Source: Candidatus Poribacteria bacterium
GTDB taxonomy: Bacteria > Poribacteria > WGA-4E > WGA-3G
Direction of reading: 5' to 3'
Assembly: GCA_963663765.2 (NCBI GenBank)
Contig: CAXXUA010000004.1
Span: 608,001 to 672,000, forward strand
DNA length: 64,000 nucleotides
The notes under the pieces were generated by a model that made no database searches, was not told where the DNA came from, and saw only the letters and a program-made list of their open reading frames with translations. Positions 1 to 8,851 of this stretch are shown in pieces (position 1 is the first letter of the stretch; each line of letters begins with the position of its first letter). The position numbers were made by a program, and so were the translations under genes.

Positions 1-2
1 AG

Positions 3-1232
3 CTGAGAAATGCATTGATGCACGAAACAGAAGAATCTTTACAGGAGCTTCGACAGCTCACTGAAACTGCTGGAATTGAAGTTGTTTGTGAGACAATTCA
101 ACCTCGCAATGTTCCGAATCCGACCTACTTTATAGGTGAAGGTAAAGTTGAAGAACTTAAGAACGTGGCAGCGGAATTGGAGGCGGATGCAATCATCTTT
201 GACGAGGAACTATCCCCTGCACAGACACGAAATATTGAAAACGTACTTGAAATTGCGACCGTTGATAGAACAGGGCTCATCCTACAGGTTTTTGCACAAC
301 GTGCATTGACCAGTGAAGCACGGTTACAAGTTACATTAGCACAGTTAGAATATGCTCTACCACGACTCACACGGATGTGGACACACCTTTCACGACTTGC
401 CACAAGCGGGGGTAGTGGAAGCGGGGCATTACGGGGTCCAGGTGAAACGCAACTTGAAATGGACCGTCGGTGGGTTCGTAGACAAATCGCTCAAGTCAAA
501 AAATCGTTAGAGACGGTAGAAAAGCGCAGACAACTTCAACGACAGAACAGAACCGAAAAAAACAAAGTGTCCCTTGTAGGCTATACCAACGCAGGGAAAT
601 CAACTCTATTCAATACGTTAACAGGTGAAAATGTCTTAGCGGAAGACAAACTTTTTGCTACTTTGGATTCAACAACGCGACGAGTGAGTCTACCAGATAA
701 TCAGAATATTCTGTTAAGTGATACCGTCGGTTTTATAAAAAAGTTACCACACCAACTGATAGCAGCCTTCAAAGCAACTTTGGAGGAAGTTACGCAAGCA
801 GACCTACTATTGCATGTCGTTGATATAAGCCATCCGGAAGCAGAAGCACAGATCGCTGCAGTAGATAAAGTCCTTGTAGAACTTGATGCCGCAGACATTC
901 CTATGGTAGTGGTATTCAATAAAATTGACCAGCTTGAAACGGAAGACCAATTCCATATCCAAAAAACACGTTATCCAAATGCGGTACCTATATCGGCACA
1001 GCGCGGTGACGGTATCTCAGAACTAATGGAGAAATTAGCGGATCATTTTGTTTCACACAGTGTCCTCCTAAATTTGAGTATCCCATATACAGATGGAAAA
1101 ACTTTAGATATGCTATATAAACACGGGACAGTGTTGGAGACAGAATATGTGGAGGCAGCAGTTCTCGTCAAAGCCCGTTTGCCAAGCCGTTATCTCAAAT
1201 CAGTGTCACAATTTGCTGTAAAGGATACATAA
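3..1232 (+). CDS. hflX: GTPase HflX (frame open to window edge, 5' end probably outside window)
   Basis: Motifs IGEGKVEE, LSPAQTRN, DRTGLILQVFAQRA, ARLQVTLAQLEY.LPRL, RGPGETQLE, G1 GYTNAGKST, DKLFATLD, G3 DTVGFI, G4 NKID. Confidence 0.97.
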   Translation: MRNALMHETEESLQELRQLTETAGIEVVCETIQPRNVPNPTYFIGEGKVEELKNVAAELEADAIIFDEELSPAQTRNIENVLEIATVDRTGLILQVFAQRALTSEARLQVTLAQLEYALPRLTRMWTHLSRLATSGGSGSGALRGPGETQLEMDRRWVRRQIAQVKKSLETVEKRRQLQRQNRTEKNKVSLVGYTNAGKSTLFNTLTGENVLAEDKLFATLDSTTRRVSLPDNQNILLSDTVGFIKKLPHQLIAAFKATLEEVTQADLLLHVVDISHPEAEAQIAAVDKVLVELDAADIPMVVVFNKIDQLETEDQFHIQKTRYPNAVPISAQRGDGISELMEKLADHFVSHSVLLNLSIPYTDGKTLDMLYKHGTVLETEYVEAAVLVKARLPSRYLKSVSQFAVKDT

Positions 1233-1307
1233 TCTCTGCAAACTACCACATACACATAAATATTGAAACAATTTGTTTCTCACCGAAAAGGAGAATAAAA
1301 ACATAAT

Positions 1308-2099
1308 ATGAAAATAGGCGTTACCCAAATTATTCTTGGAAACATGTCACTGGAAGATACACTTTCGTTGTGCCAAGATGCTGGCTACGATGCAGTTGAA
1401 CTTACCTTTCGTGAAAGCAAGGATACAGACATCAACCTAAGTGATACAGAACTAAAAGGCATCGCTGCAAAATGTGAATCTGCTGGTGTTGAAATAAGCA
1501 GTATCACCGCAGGATACAATAATCGTGGAAATCTACTCAGCATGGATGCAGAACAACGTGAGAACGGCGCTAAATCGCTTGCGCGTGGCTTAGAAGTCGC
1601 AGGAGCACTCGGTGTAGGCGGGATATTGTTGCACCCGGGACAACTCAGCGTTGAAGGCACGTACCAGCAAGTATGGGATAACCTCGTCGGCATCCTAAAA
1701 GACCTCGCACCTTCCGCCGAAGCACACAAAGTTGCTATCGGGTTAGAAAATGTATGGAATAAATTTTTGCTGAGCCCAAAAGAGATGCGCGAAATTGTAG
1801 ATGAAATAGGAAGTGACTGGGTCGGCACCTATCTTGATACCGCAAACATGATGGCGTACGGATATCCTGAACATTGGATACGCGAACTCGGGCATCGCAT
1901 CAAACGTGTGCATTTCAAGGATTTCTCGCGAGGTGCACATCGCTTTGTCAACCTATTAGATGGAGATACAGATTGGGCAGCTGTAATGGAAGCATTCCGT
2001 AATGTTGGGTATGATGGTTACGTGATTCACGAAGTCGGTGGGGATAGGGACGCACAAATTGATCTTGCAAAACGGATGCGAAAAATTATAGCAATGTAG
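1308..2099 (+). CDS. Sugar phosphate isomerase/epimerase (xylose-isomerase-like TIM barrel)
   Basis: GLENVWNKFLLSP, YLDTAN, VHFKD, GDTDW, GYDGYVIHE motifs; GGAG RBS upstream. Confidence 0.88.
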   Translation: MKIGVTQIILGNMSLEDTLSLCQDAGYDAVELTFRESKDTDINLSDTELKGIAAKCESAGVEISSITAGYNNRGNLLSMDAEQRENGAKSLARGLEVAGALGVGGILLHPGQLSVEGTYQQVWDNLVGILKDLAPSAEAHKVAIGLENVWNKFLLSPKEMREIVDEIGSDWVGTYLDTANMMAYGYPEHWIRELGHRIKRVHFKDFSRGAHRFVNLLDGDTDWAAVMEAFRNVGYDGYVIHEVGGDRDAQIDLAKRMRKIIAM

Positions 2100-2113
2100 C
2101 CATTAAAAGGAAA

Positions 2114-2137
2114 ACAATGGTGTTTTTTCACCATTGT
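2114..2137 (-). terminator. Hairpin terminator between the convergent isomerase gene and tRNA
   Basis: ACAATGGTG-tttttt-CACCATTGT perfect 9-bp stem; T-rich tail on the minus strand. Confidence 0.65.
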
Positions 2138-2140
2138 GAA

Positions 2141-2225
2141 TGCCGGAGGTCGGACTCGAACCGACATGGACCTAGGGCCCGCTGGATTTTGAGTCCAGTG
2201 CGTCTACCAATTTCACCACTCCGGC
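2141..2225 (-). tRNA. tRNA-Leu (anticodon CAA), CCA not encoded
   Basis: Minus strand GCCGGAGTGGTGAAATTGGTAGACGCACTGGACTCAAAATCCAGCGGGCCCTAGGTCCATGTCGGTTCGAGTCCGACCTCCGGCA: acceptor stem, D-loop GG, anticodon arm CTGGA-CTCAAAA-TCCAG, long variable arm, GTTCGA T-loop. Confidence 0.97.
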
Positions 2226-2251
2226 GGATCGACAATAAAAACAACAATTAA

Positions 2252-2280
2252 AATATAACACATTTGGAGAGAAATGTCAA
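2252..2280 (-). promoter_or_regulatory. Sigma70-type promoter for tRNA-Leu
   Basis: Minus strand TTGACA-17 nt-TATATT just upstream of the tRNA. Confidence 0.7.
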
Positions 2281-2286
2281 AATATT

Positions 2287-3138
2287 ATGGCACAGCAACA
2301 AAGAGGACTCGCAACTGAAAGCATTTTTAAACGCGCTACTACCGCTGTACTGGGATTCCTATCGCTTCTGATTGAAAGAGAAACTTGGCAGGCACTGGTA
2401 CGTTGGGTGCTCTGGCGTGTGATACCGAGGCGGCGACGTATTCTAAGACTAATGCGTGAACTACATCCCCTTGCTGTAGATGCACCACCCGAAATGCATG
2501 CACTCAGGGATGAGGTTTTTCTAAAGTGCTGCCTTGAACTGCGACAACCACAAGACCAACAAGTCCTCTTGGATATCCTCAACCATGTAGAACTTCCACA
2601 CGGATTAGAACAAATATTTTTTACATCAATATATCCTGTATTGGTAAAACGTGATCTGGAAGCTCTTGCTGTTAAAGTTGATACACATCATCGACTTGAA
2701 GTTGAGATCGGGTATCTGGCACACAACGAAGACTACTTTTTCTGGGTTTTTGAGATTGATAGTGAACGGCGCATGTCACTCAAGACACCACTTCAAGTTC
2801 GGGAGGCACAACGTGAAGACAAGAAGTATGTGATTTATACACTTGGTTGTACAGGTCTCGTAGAAACAGATTTTGCTGCGTATGCGGAACAGTGGCTGCT
2901 GAATGCACCGCGTTTATCCATTGCACTGCCACTTCTTGCTACTGCGTATGCGGATCAGTGGATACTTAATGCACGGGTCTATTTCTCACACATATTAAAT
3001 GATTTGAAGAAGCGCAATTACAAGGTCACAGCAGAAGCAATACCTGATTTTGAACGGGGACGGTTGTCAATACTACGCCATCTCGCCCATCTCCAGACAA
3101 AAAAACGTCAATTTCAGTCCTCACGCCGAAAGCGTTGA
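2287..3138 (+). CDS. Hypothetical protein
   Basis: 283-aa ORF filling the gap; no family motif recognised; 3' end overlaps the convergent peptidase gene. Confidence 0.65.
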   Translation: MAQQQRGLATESIFKRATTAVLGFLSLLIERETWQALVRWVLWRVIPRRRRILRLMRELHPLAVDAPPEMHALRDEVFLKCCLELRQPQDQQVLLDILNHVELPHGLEQIFFTSIYPVLVKRDLEALAVKVDTHHRLEVEIGYLAHNEDYFFWVFEIDSERRMSLKTPLQVREAQREDKKYVIYTLGCTGLVETDFAAYAEQWLLNAPRLSIALPLLATAYADQWILNARVYFSHILNDLKKRNYKVTAEAIPDFERGRLSILRHLAHLQTKKRQFQSSRRKR

Positions 3139-4207
3139 GATAGATACCCGGTTCAATTGTGAAGCATGTGCCTTCAATAAGTTCCCGTGTATCTCGAGTC
3201 TCCAGATTGTCTAAATTCGCACCGTTGCCATGGATTTCTATACCCAGGCTATGGCCGGTACGGTGAATAAAGTATTCTCCATACCCCATTTCTGTTATGT
3301 ACTCACGCACGCAATCGTCAACAGCACAACCCGGTATCGGTTCATTCGCTGCCCATTTCTCACGAATAAACGCAACTGCTCTATCACGTGCTTCCCTAAC
3401 TACCTCAAAGACAGCACGGTATTGGTCAGGAACCGAATTTCCTGCATAAGCGACCCAGGTGGAATCAGCGAAAACTGCATCAACGTTTTTCTGTTTTGCC
3501 CAGAGATCAATTAAGATGCAATCCCCCTCTTTAATTTGTTGGGTGCGGGTTGCAGTTGGTGCGTAATGCGGATCACTGCTATTCGCATTCACGGCAACGA
3601 TTGGGGGATGATTCGTTACCAGATCCATTTCATCAAACTGCTTGAGAATATGTTGCTGAACATCATATTCCGTGAAATTATTACCTGCGATGAGTTGATC
3701 TTTTATCCACATAAAGGCATTATCTTTCGCTTGAATGGTGAGTTTTGCGGATTTTTGATGTCCTTCAAACTGTGCATCGGTTAACCGTGCTTCTACATAT
3801 TGAGCAAGTTCTGCTGAAGACTTCACCGTAATTCCAAAAGAGCGAATCCACTCCAACGTTCCAGCGTCTACTCGTGATATATACGGAATTTCGCCATCAG
3901 GCGAATACTCCATTGCAACCGATGTGACACCATCAAGGAGTTTTGACATCTCATCTTTGAGTTCCTGCCATCCAGCATACAGAGAGATGTTACCGGGGAC
4001 ATCAGTAAAGTTTGATGTTTCAATGCGATGAATTAACCATCGTGGTTCACCTTGTGAAGGAATCAGACAGAACCATCGTCGTGTGACATTTTTCCCGGTT
4101 AGTCCGGCAGCGTTTTGAGCAATCGGGTTGATACCCCGGAAATCATACAGCAACCAGGCGTCCAGGTCTAATGTTGCCAAAGCAGATTGTATTTCAGATA
4201 TTTGCAT
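3026..4207 (-). CDS. Xaa-Pro aminopeptidase (M24 family)
   Basis: Pita-bread metal ligands DPHY, LIDLWAK, ADSTW, HRTGHSLG..IHG, TIEPGIY, GVRTE. Confidence 0.93.
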   Translation of the reverse strand: MQISEIQSALATLDLDAWLLYDFRGINPIAQNAAGLTGKNVTRRWFCLIPSQGEPRWLIHRIETSNFTDVPGNISLYAGWQELKDEMSKLLDGVTSVAMEYSPDGEIPYISRVDAGTLEWIRSFGITVKSSAELAQYVEARLTDAQFEGHQKSAKLTIQAKDNAFMWIKDQLIAGNNFTEYDVQQHILKQFDEMDLVTNHPPIVAVNANSSDPHYAPTATRTQQIKEGDCILIDLWAKQKNVDAVFADSTWVAYAGNSVPDQYRAVFEVVREARDRAVAFIREKWAANEPIPGCAVDDCVREYITEMGYGEYFIHRTGHSLGIEIHGNGANLDNLETRDTRELIEGTCFTIEPGIYLNAFGVRTEIDVFLSGDGRDGVVLTTVPVQNQVLLLL

Positions 4208-4250
4208 TTTTTTCGGTTGTCCTCAGAATAGAATATGGTATGTCCTTCAC

Positions 4251-4279
4251 ATAGTAGCATAAGCATGAGTTGTTGTCAA
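4251..4279 (-). promoter_or_regulatory. Sigma70-type promoter for the M24 peptidase
   Basis: Minus strand TTGACA-17 nt-TACTAT with TG extension. Confidence 0.6.
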
Positions 4280-4290
4280 AAGTAACGGTT

Positions 4291-5829
4291 TCATGTGACA
4301 GAACCATCAAGATCACTGATTCCAAGCATAAGTTTACCCAATGCCTGTCGATCTGTCTCATCCGTTTTGACAATACCTACGATCTTTCCATTGTACATCA
4401 CTGCGATCCTGTCGCTCAGTTTTAGCAGTTCATCCAGTTCAGAAGATACGAGTACGACAGATTTTCCACGGTTACGTGCCTGCAGCAGACGGCTATGGAC
4501 GAAATCTGCCGCATGTATATCTAATCCCCGCGTCGGATGCGCAGCAATTATCACCGTCGGACCTCCTGATAACTCCCGTGCTACAACAACCTTTTGCTGA
4601 TTGCCACCAGAGAGGGTTTTGATAGGATGAGAAATGTCTCCAACTTGAATTTGATACTTGTCCAGTGCATTCATAGAGAATCGTCGAATGTTTTCAGGAT
4701 TCAATATCCCATTCTTACAAAACACGTTTCGTTTATGTTGTCCGACAATTAGGTTTTCATCAATCCGACTGTCTAAACTGATTCCATGCCGATGTCTATC
4801 TGCGGGTAGGTGAACTATGCCTTTTTCACGAAATTTCGCAGGTGTTGCATTGACCATTGAATCACCATTTATCGTTATTATACCATCCAGAACTTTACGT
4901 AATCCTGTGGCAACTTCAATTAATTCCGTTTGACCGTTTCCTTCTACACCCGCGATCCCAACGATTTCTCCAGAGAACACATCAAGGTTAATGCAATTCA
5001 AAAGCACTTTCCCTTTGTTTGTTTTCACAGTTATATCTGCTAAGTGCAGGATCGAATTTTCTTGTTCAATTTCCTTACGTTCTATTGGACTATGACTAAC
5101 TTCCTCTCCAAGCATTTGTTCTGCCAATTGATGCGGGTCTGTATCAGAAATATTACAAGTTGCAACGGCTTTTCCTTGTCGCATGACAGTGACAGAATCC
5201 GCTATTGCCATCACCTCATCAAGTTTATGTGTGATAATGATGATACTATTTCCTTCCTTTTTGATACCGCGCAAACAGTCAAACAGACCGTCAATTTCTT
5301 GCGGCACAAGCACAGCAGTCGGTTCGTCCATAATCAGTATTTCTGCACCATGATATAACACTTTCAGGATTTCTGTGTGCTGGTGTGAACCAATTGGGAG
5401 CGACTCTATGGGTGTATTCAATTGTACATCAAACCCAAGTTGGTCAGCAAGTTCTGTGATTTTAGTTTCCGCAGATTGGTAGTCAACGAGGGTTGCGAAT
5501 TTGCGCGGTTCTTTAGCAAGAATGATATTCTGAATAGCAGTGAATGTAGGAATGAGTGTGAAATGTTGCTGTATCATACCTAAACCGAGACGCATAGCAC
5601 GGCGCGGTGAAGTAATTTTCACGAATGTTCCATCAACGCAGATCTCACCATTATCTGGTTGGTAGAGACCGTATAGGATTTTCATTAGTGTAGATTTACC
5701 CGCACCATTTTCACCAACAATAGCGTGTATTTCTCCGCGTTGTAGCGTAAAATCCACAGAATCGTTTGCCTGTACCTGTCCAAATCTTTTGCTAATGTTA
5801 CGCATTTCAATAATTGGTGTTAGTGACAT
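4291..5829 (-). CDS. Sugar/nucleoside ABC transporter ATP-binding protein (CUT2, duplicated NBD)
   Basis: Walker A GENGAGKST, ILIMDEPT, ITHKLDEV, GVEGNGQTEL, LSGGNQQKV, PTRGLD. Confidence 0.93.
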   Translation of the reverse strand: MSLTPIIEMRNISKRFGQVQANDSVDFTLQRGEIHAIVGENGAGKSTLMKILYGLYQPDNGEICVDGTFVKITSPRRAMRLGLGMIQQHFTLIPTFTAIQNIILAKEPRKFATLVDYQSAETKITELADQLGFDVQLNTPIESLPIGSHQHTEILKVLYHGAEILIMDEPTAVLVPQEIDGLFDCLRGIKKEGNSIIIITHKLDEVMAIADSVTVMRQGKAVATCNISDTDPHQLAEQMLGEEVSHSPIERKEIEQENSILHLADITVKTNKGKVLLNCINLDVFSGEIVGIAGVEGNGQTELIEVATGLRKVLDGIITINGDSMVNATPAKFREKGIVHLPADRHRHGISLDSRIDENLIVGQHKRNVFCKNGILNPENIRRFSMNALDKYQIQVGDISHPIKTLSGGNQQKVVVARELSGGPTVIIAAHPTRGLDIHAADFVHSRLLQARNRGKSVVLVSSELDELLKLSDRIAVMYNGKIVGIVKTDETDRQALGKLMLGISDLDGSVT

Positions 5830-5877
5830 AATACTACCTAATAAACTCTGGTTGATAATTGGTGATTCTGAATATCG

Positions 5878-7050
5878 TTATTTACCGCGTGGTGAGAAGC
5901 ACTTTCTATATAGCGCGATGATTTCTTCTTGTGTTGCTTGGCGGGGATTGTTCGTTGGACTTCCACTTGCGATTGCATCCGCTGCCATCTGTTCAACGAC
6001 CTGCTCAAACTTCTGTTTGTCAATACCGATTTCTCCGAGACGTGGCATCTGAATATCGTTCACAAGACGTTCAACTGCAGATATTGCTGCATCCGCTTGC
6101 TGCATCGGAGAAAGTCCATCAATCGTTTCCCCCATTGCTATCGCAATGTCAGCAAATTGTTGGGGTGCACCGACAATGGTAAACTCCATCACATCCAACA
6201 GCAACACAGCATTTGATAGACCGTGATGAATGTGAAAGTATGCACCGATAGGTCGGGACATGCCGTGCACCAAAGCGACTGAAGAATTGCTAAACGCCAT
6301 ACCCGCAATGGACGCACCCAGCATCATTTCAGTTCGCGCAGAGATGTTGTCGCCATCTGCCCACGCTTGACGAAGCGAACCTGAAATCAATCTGATTGCT
6401 TCCAATGCAAGTGCATCCGTAATCGGTTGTGCACGCTTAGAGATGTATGCTTCAATTGCATGTGTCAACGCATCAACGCCGACTGCTGCAGTTAGATGGG
6501 GTGGCGTTGTGAGGGATAGCAACGGATCAACCAAAGCAACAGATGGTAATAAACAACTACTACTCAGCATCATCTTGACATTGCGATCCGTATCGGTAAT
6601 AACAGTGACTTTTGAAACTTCACTTCCTGTCCCAGCAGTAGTCGGTATAGCAATTAAGGGAGTACCCGGTATCGGGATTTTGTCTACACCCATGTAGTCA
6701 GCAAATTCGCCATCGTTCGTGTGTTTGACAGCGATACCTTTACCGCAGTCAATTGCACTGCCGCCACCGATACTAACAATCACATCACAGTTTTCATCAC
6801 GGTATAACTTTAGTCCATCAGTGACGTTTTGTAAAGTTGGGTCAGGGGTGACATTGGAGAATATAGAACACGCAATTCCAGTATTTTGCAAGTTCTTGGC
6901 TATTTGATCTGCGTAACCGATCTTTGCAATTCCCGGATCAGTCACAATTAGTGCTTTCGTTGCACCGAGTCGTTTTGCTTCTTCACCTGCTTTTTCGGAT
7001 GCACCAACACTGGTAATTATTGTGGAAGGAATTGAGAATGTGGTAGGCAA
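5878..7050 (-). CDS. Iron-containing alcohol dehydrogenase
   Basis: GGGSAID, PTTAGTGSEV, DALTHAIE, LVHGMS, HHG motifs. Confidence 0.95.
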   Translation of the reverse strand: MPTTFSIPSTIITSVGASEKAGEEAKRLGATKALIVTDPGIAKIGYADQIAKNLQNTGIACSIFSNVTPDPTLQNVTDGLKLYRDENCDVIVSIGGGSAIDCGKGIAVKHTNDGEFADYMGVDKIPIPGTPLIAIPTTAGTGSEVSKVTVITDTDRNVKMMLSSSCLLPSVALVDPLLSLTTPPHLTAAVGVDALTHAIEAYISKRAQPITDALALEAIRLISGSLRQAWADGDNISARTEMMLGASIAGMAFSNSSVALVHGMSRPIGAYFHIHHGLSNAVLLLDVMEFTIVGAPQQFADIAIAMGETIDGLSPMQQADAAISAVERLVNDIQMPRLGEIGIDKQKFEQVVEQMAADAIASGSPTNNPRQATQEEIIALYRKCFSPRGK

Positions 7051-7116
7051 TTTTTGTTTTCCTAATTAGGCTGTTTATCTTTTCCAACACGACTTGAAAT
7101 GAATATGTTTTCATGT

Positions 7117-7238
7117 CAGGACTTACGCACCCAACGGTAGGCGCGCTTTGTAAGCGCGCTGGAAACCGAAAAAATGCTGAAAATTACACCATTTTCGTCA
7201 TAATTCTTCATCAAATCATGAAAACTGCGTAAGTCATG
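7117..7238. mobile_element. MITE family 1 (TIR CAGGACTTACGCA) carrying a GTAG REP
   Basis: Ends CAGGACTTACGCA / TGCGTAAGTCATG; 5-bp duplication CATGT (7112-7116, 7239-7243); internal REP GTAGGCGCGCTTTGTAAGCGCGC 7137-7159; related copies at 35437 and 40247. Confidence 0.82.
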
Positions 7239-7305
7239 CATGTATCTCCATCTCCTACAGAGTATACCACAAGACACATTAATATACAATGTATATCTAT
7301 TGTGA

Positions 7306-8764
7306 GGGTGTGTAAAGTTTTTGGCATGGACATCATGCTGCTTTTGTGTTTGGATACCAATATCTTTCCCAAGCCTTATTCTTTGACAAACATCTCCACT
7401 TTAGCACAGCATTGATGCCCGGTTGCTCCCATCTCATAGCTGCTTGTTTACACCTTTCTCCGACAACATGTTTACATGCACTTTCAATCACACCACTTCC
7501 AATCATATACCCTTTTTCTCTAAACGCTTTATACTGCATGCGGTTTGCATGTTTTTCAAAATATCTTGCTTCTCTTTCTAAACTCTCTGACACCTCTGGG
7601 TGCTGTGTGGCTAAGGCACGAATGCTTGAGGCAACTTCTGCGATGTTCCCATCATGCAGAAAACATTCTGTTTCTTTTATCCACGCTTCAAACAGCTCCG
7701 TTTCTGTCTCTTCAAACACAAGTTTCGCAACATCATACAGATGAGACACGGCGTGTGGATAATCCACAATCTGAACAGCATTCGGAAAGTATTCTTTACA
7801 AAGGTTCCAAATCCACGCAGCACCATCTCCGATAAATACAATCTCTTGTGTATTTATATCTTTTTGATAGATGCCACTTTGTAGTGCTAACGCATACAAC
7901 TTTTTACCAAATGCGGCGGCATTTTGACGACCCGCAACATACCGAATACTTTCTGTTCTCACACTCGGGGTCCCACCCGAAACAGGTTGTGGATAATCTC
8001 TGTAAATACACCCCACTTTCACCTCTTTCCACCCATCCGGAGAGTTCGTGTGGCACCCATCGCAACTCACATACCAACGCTGATTTTCCGCAAGTTCTTG
8101 AGCCTCTACTTGTTCACATACATCCAAATCTTCTGCCAACTTACACACACTTTGATGAAGTGTCGTGTGACTCACTTCTATCCCTTGATGAGACAACTCC
8201 TCTGATGCTTCCCTATAGTCAAGCCGCGCAGACAAACGACACATCGCTTCAACGACACGATGCGTGTATTGATCCGATAACTTCTGTTTGACTTCCCACG
8301 GGGCATGCCTATGTCCGTGTTCACAACAATACACCCAACGCCTTGGACTTATTTTGCCACAAAGAGTTGTTAGATGTTTCGCACGCTTGCGTAATGGACG
8401 ACAAGGTGCTTGACACTCTGGACATTCAACAGGTTCACTCTCTTTCTTACCTGCCTTTTTAGACACACACACTTCTAAAAACTTTTGTTCAAAAGAACGA
8501 AATTCTTCGGAAACACGAACTTCAACATCATCTAAAGATAAACTCTCGTCAGCATCAATGTCTCTATAGAGATCGGTTACTTCTTTGACAATCTTTCTAA
8601 AATCATCTTCCCAATCATTGCTTTCATGAACACTTAATGATATACTTGACATTGGTATCCTCTCCTAAAATTGGAATTTATTTATTAGGTTAGGATACCA
8701 TGTGTATACATTCTGAGCAAGAACTCCATTCAAGGCATTTTCATGCCAAAAACTTTACACACCC
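7306..8764 (-). mobile_element. Intact insertion sequence, ISKra4-like (IS256 superfamily)
   Basis: Perfect 23-bp TIRs GGGTGTGTAAAGTTTTTGGCATG (7306-7328, 8742-8764); 9-bp duplication CTATTGTGA (7297-7305, 8765-8773). Confidence 0.92.
7333..8652 (-). CDS. DDE transposase, ISKra4/UPF0236-like
   Basis: N-terminal Cys motifs, YVSCDG, WKEVKVG, GDGAAWIW, VDYPHA, IGSGVIESACK..R.K...MRW. Confidence 0.9.
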   Translation of the reverse strand: MSSISLSVHESNDWEDDFRKIVKEVTDLYRDIDADESLSLDDVEVRVSEEFRSFEQKFLEVCVSKKAGKKESEPVECPECQAPCRPLRKRAKHLTTLCGKISPRRWVYCCEHGHRHAPWEVKQKLSDQYTHRVVEAMCRLSARLDYREASEELSHQGIEVSHTTLHQSVCKLAEDLDVCEQVEAQELAENQRWYVSCDGCHTNSPDGWKEVKVGCIYRDYPQPVSGGTPSVRTESIRYVAGRQNAAAFGKKLYALALQSGIYQKDINTQEIVFIGDGAAWIWNLCKEYFPNAVQIVDYPHAVSHLYDVAKLVFEETETELFEAWIKETECFLHDGNIAEVASSIRALATQHPEVSESLEREARYFEKHANRMQYKAFREKGYMIGSGVIESACKHVVGERCKQAAMRWEQPGINAVLKWRCLSKNKAWERYWYPNTKAA

Positions 8765-8790
8765 CTATTGTGAAATCAAAGTGTTACCAC

Positions 8791-8819
8791 TTGAATAATA
8801 CATAACTCTTTGGTATACT
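8791..8819 (+). promoter_or_regulatory. Putative promoter of the hsd operon
   Basis: TTGAAT-17 nt-TATACT with TG extension, 32 nt before the hsdM ATG. Confidence 0.55.
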
Positions 8820-8851
8820 TTTACCAACACCACATGAAAGGAAGTACACAC

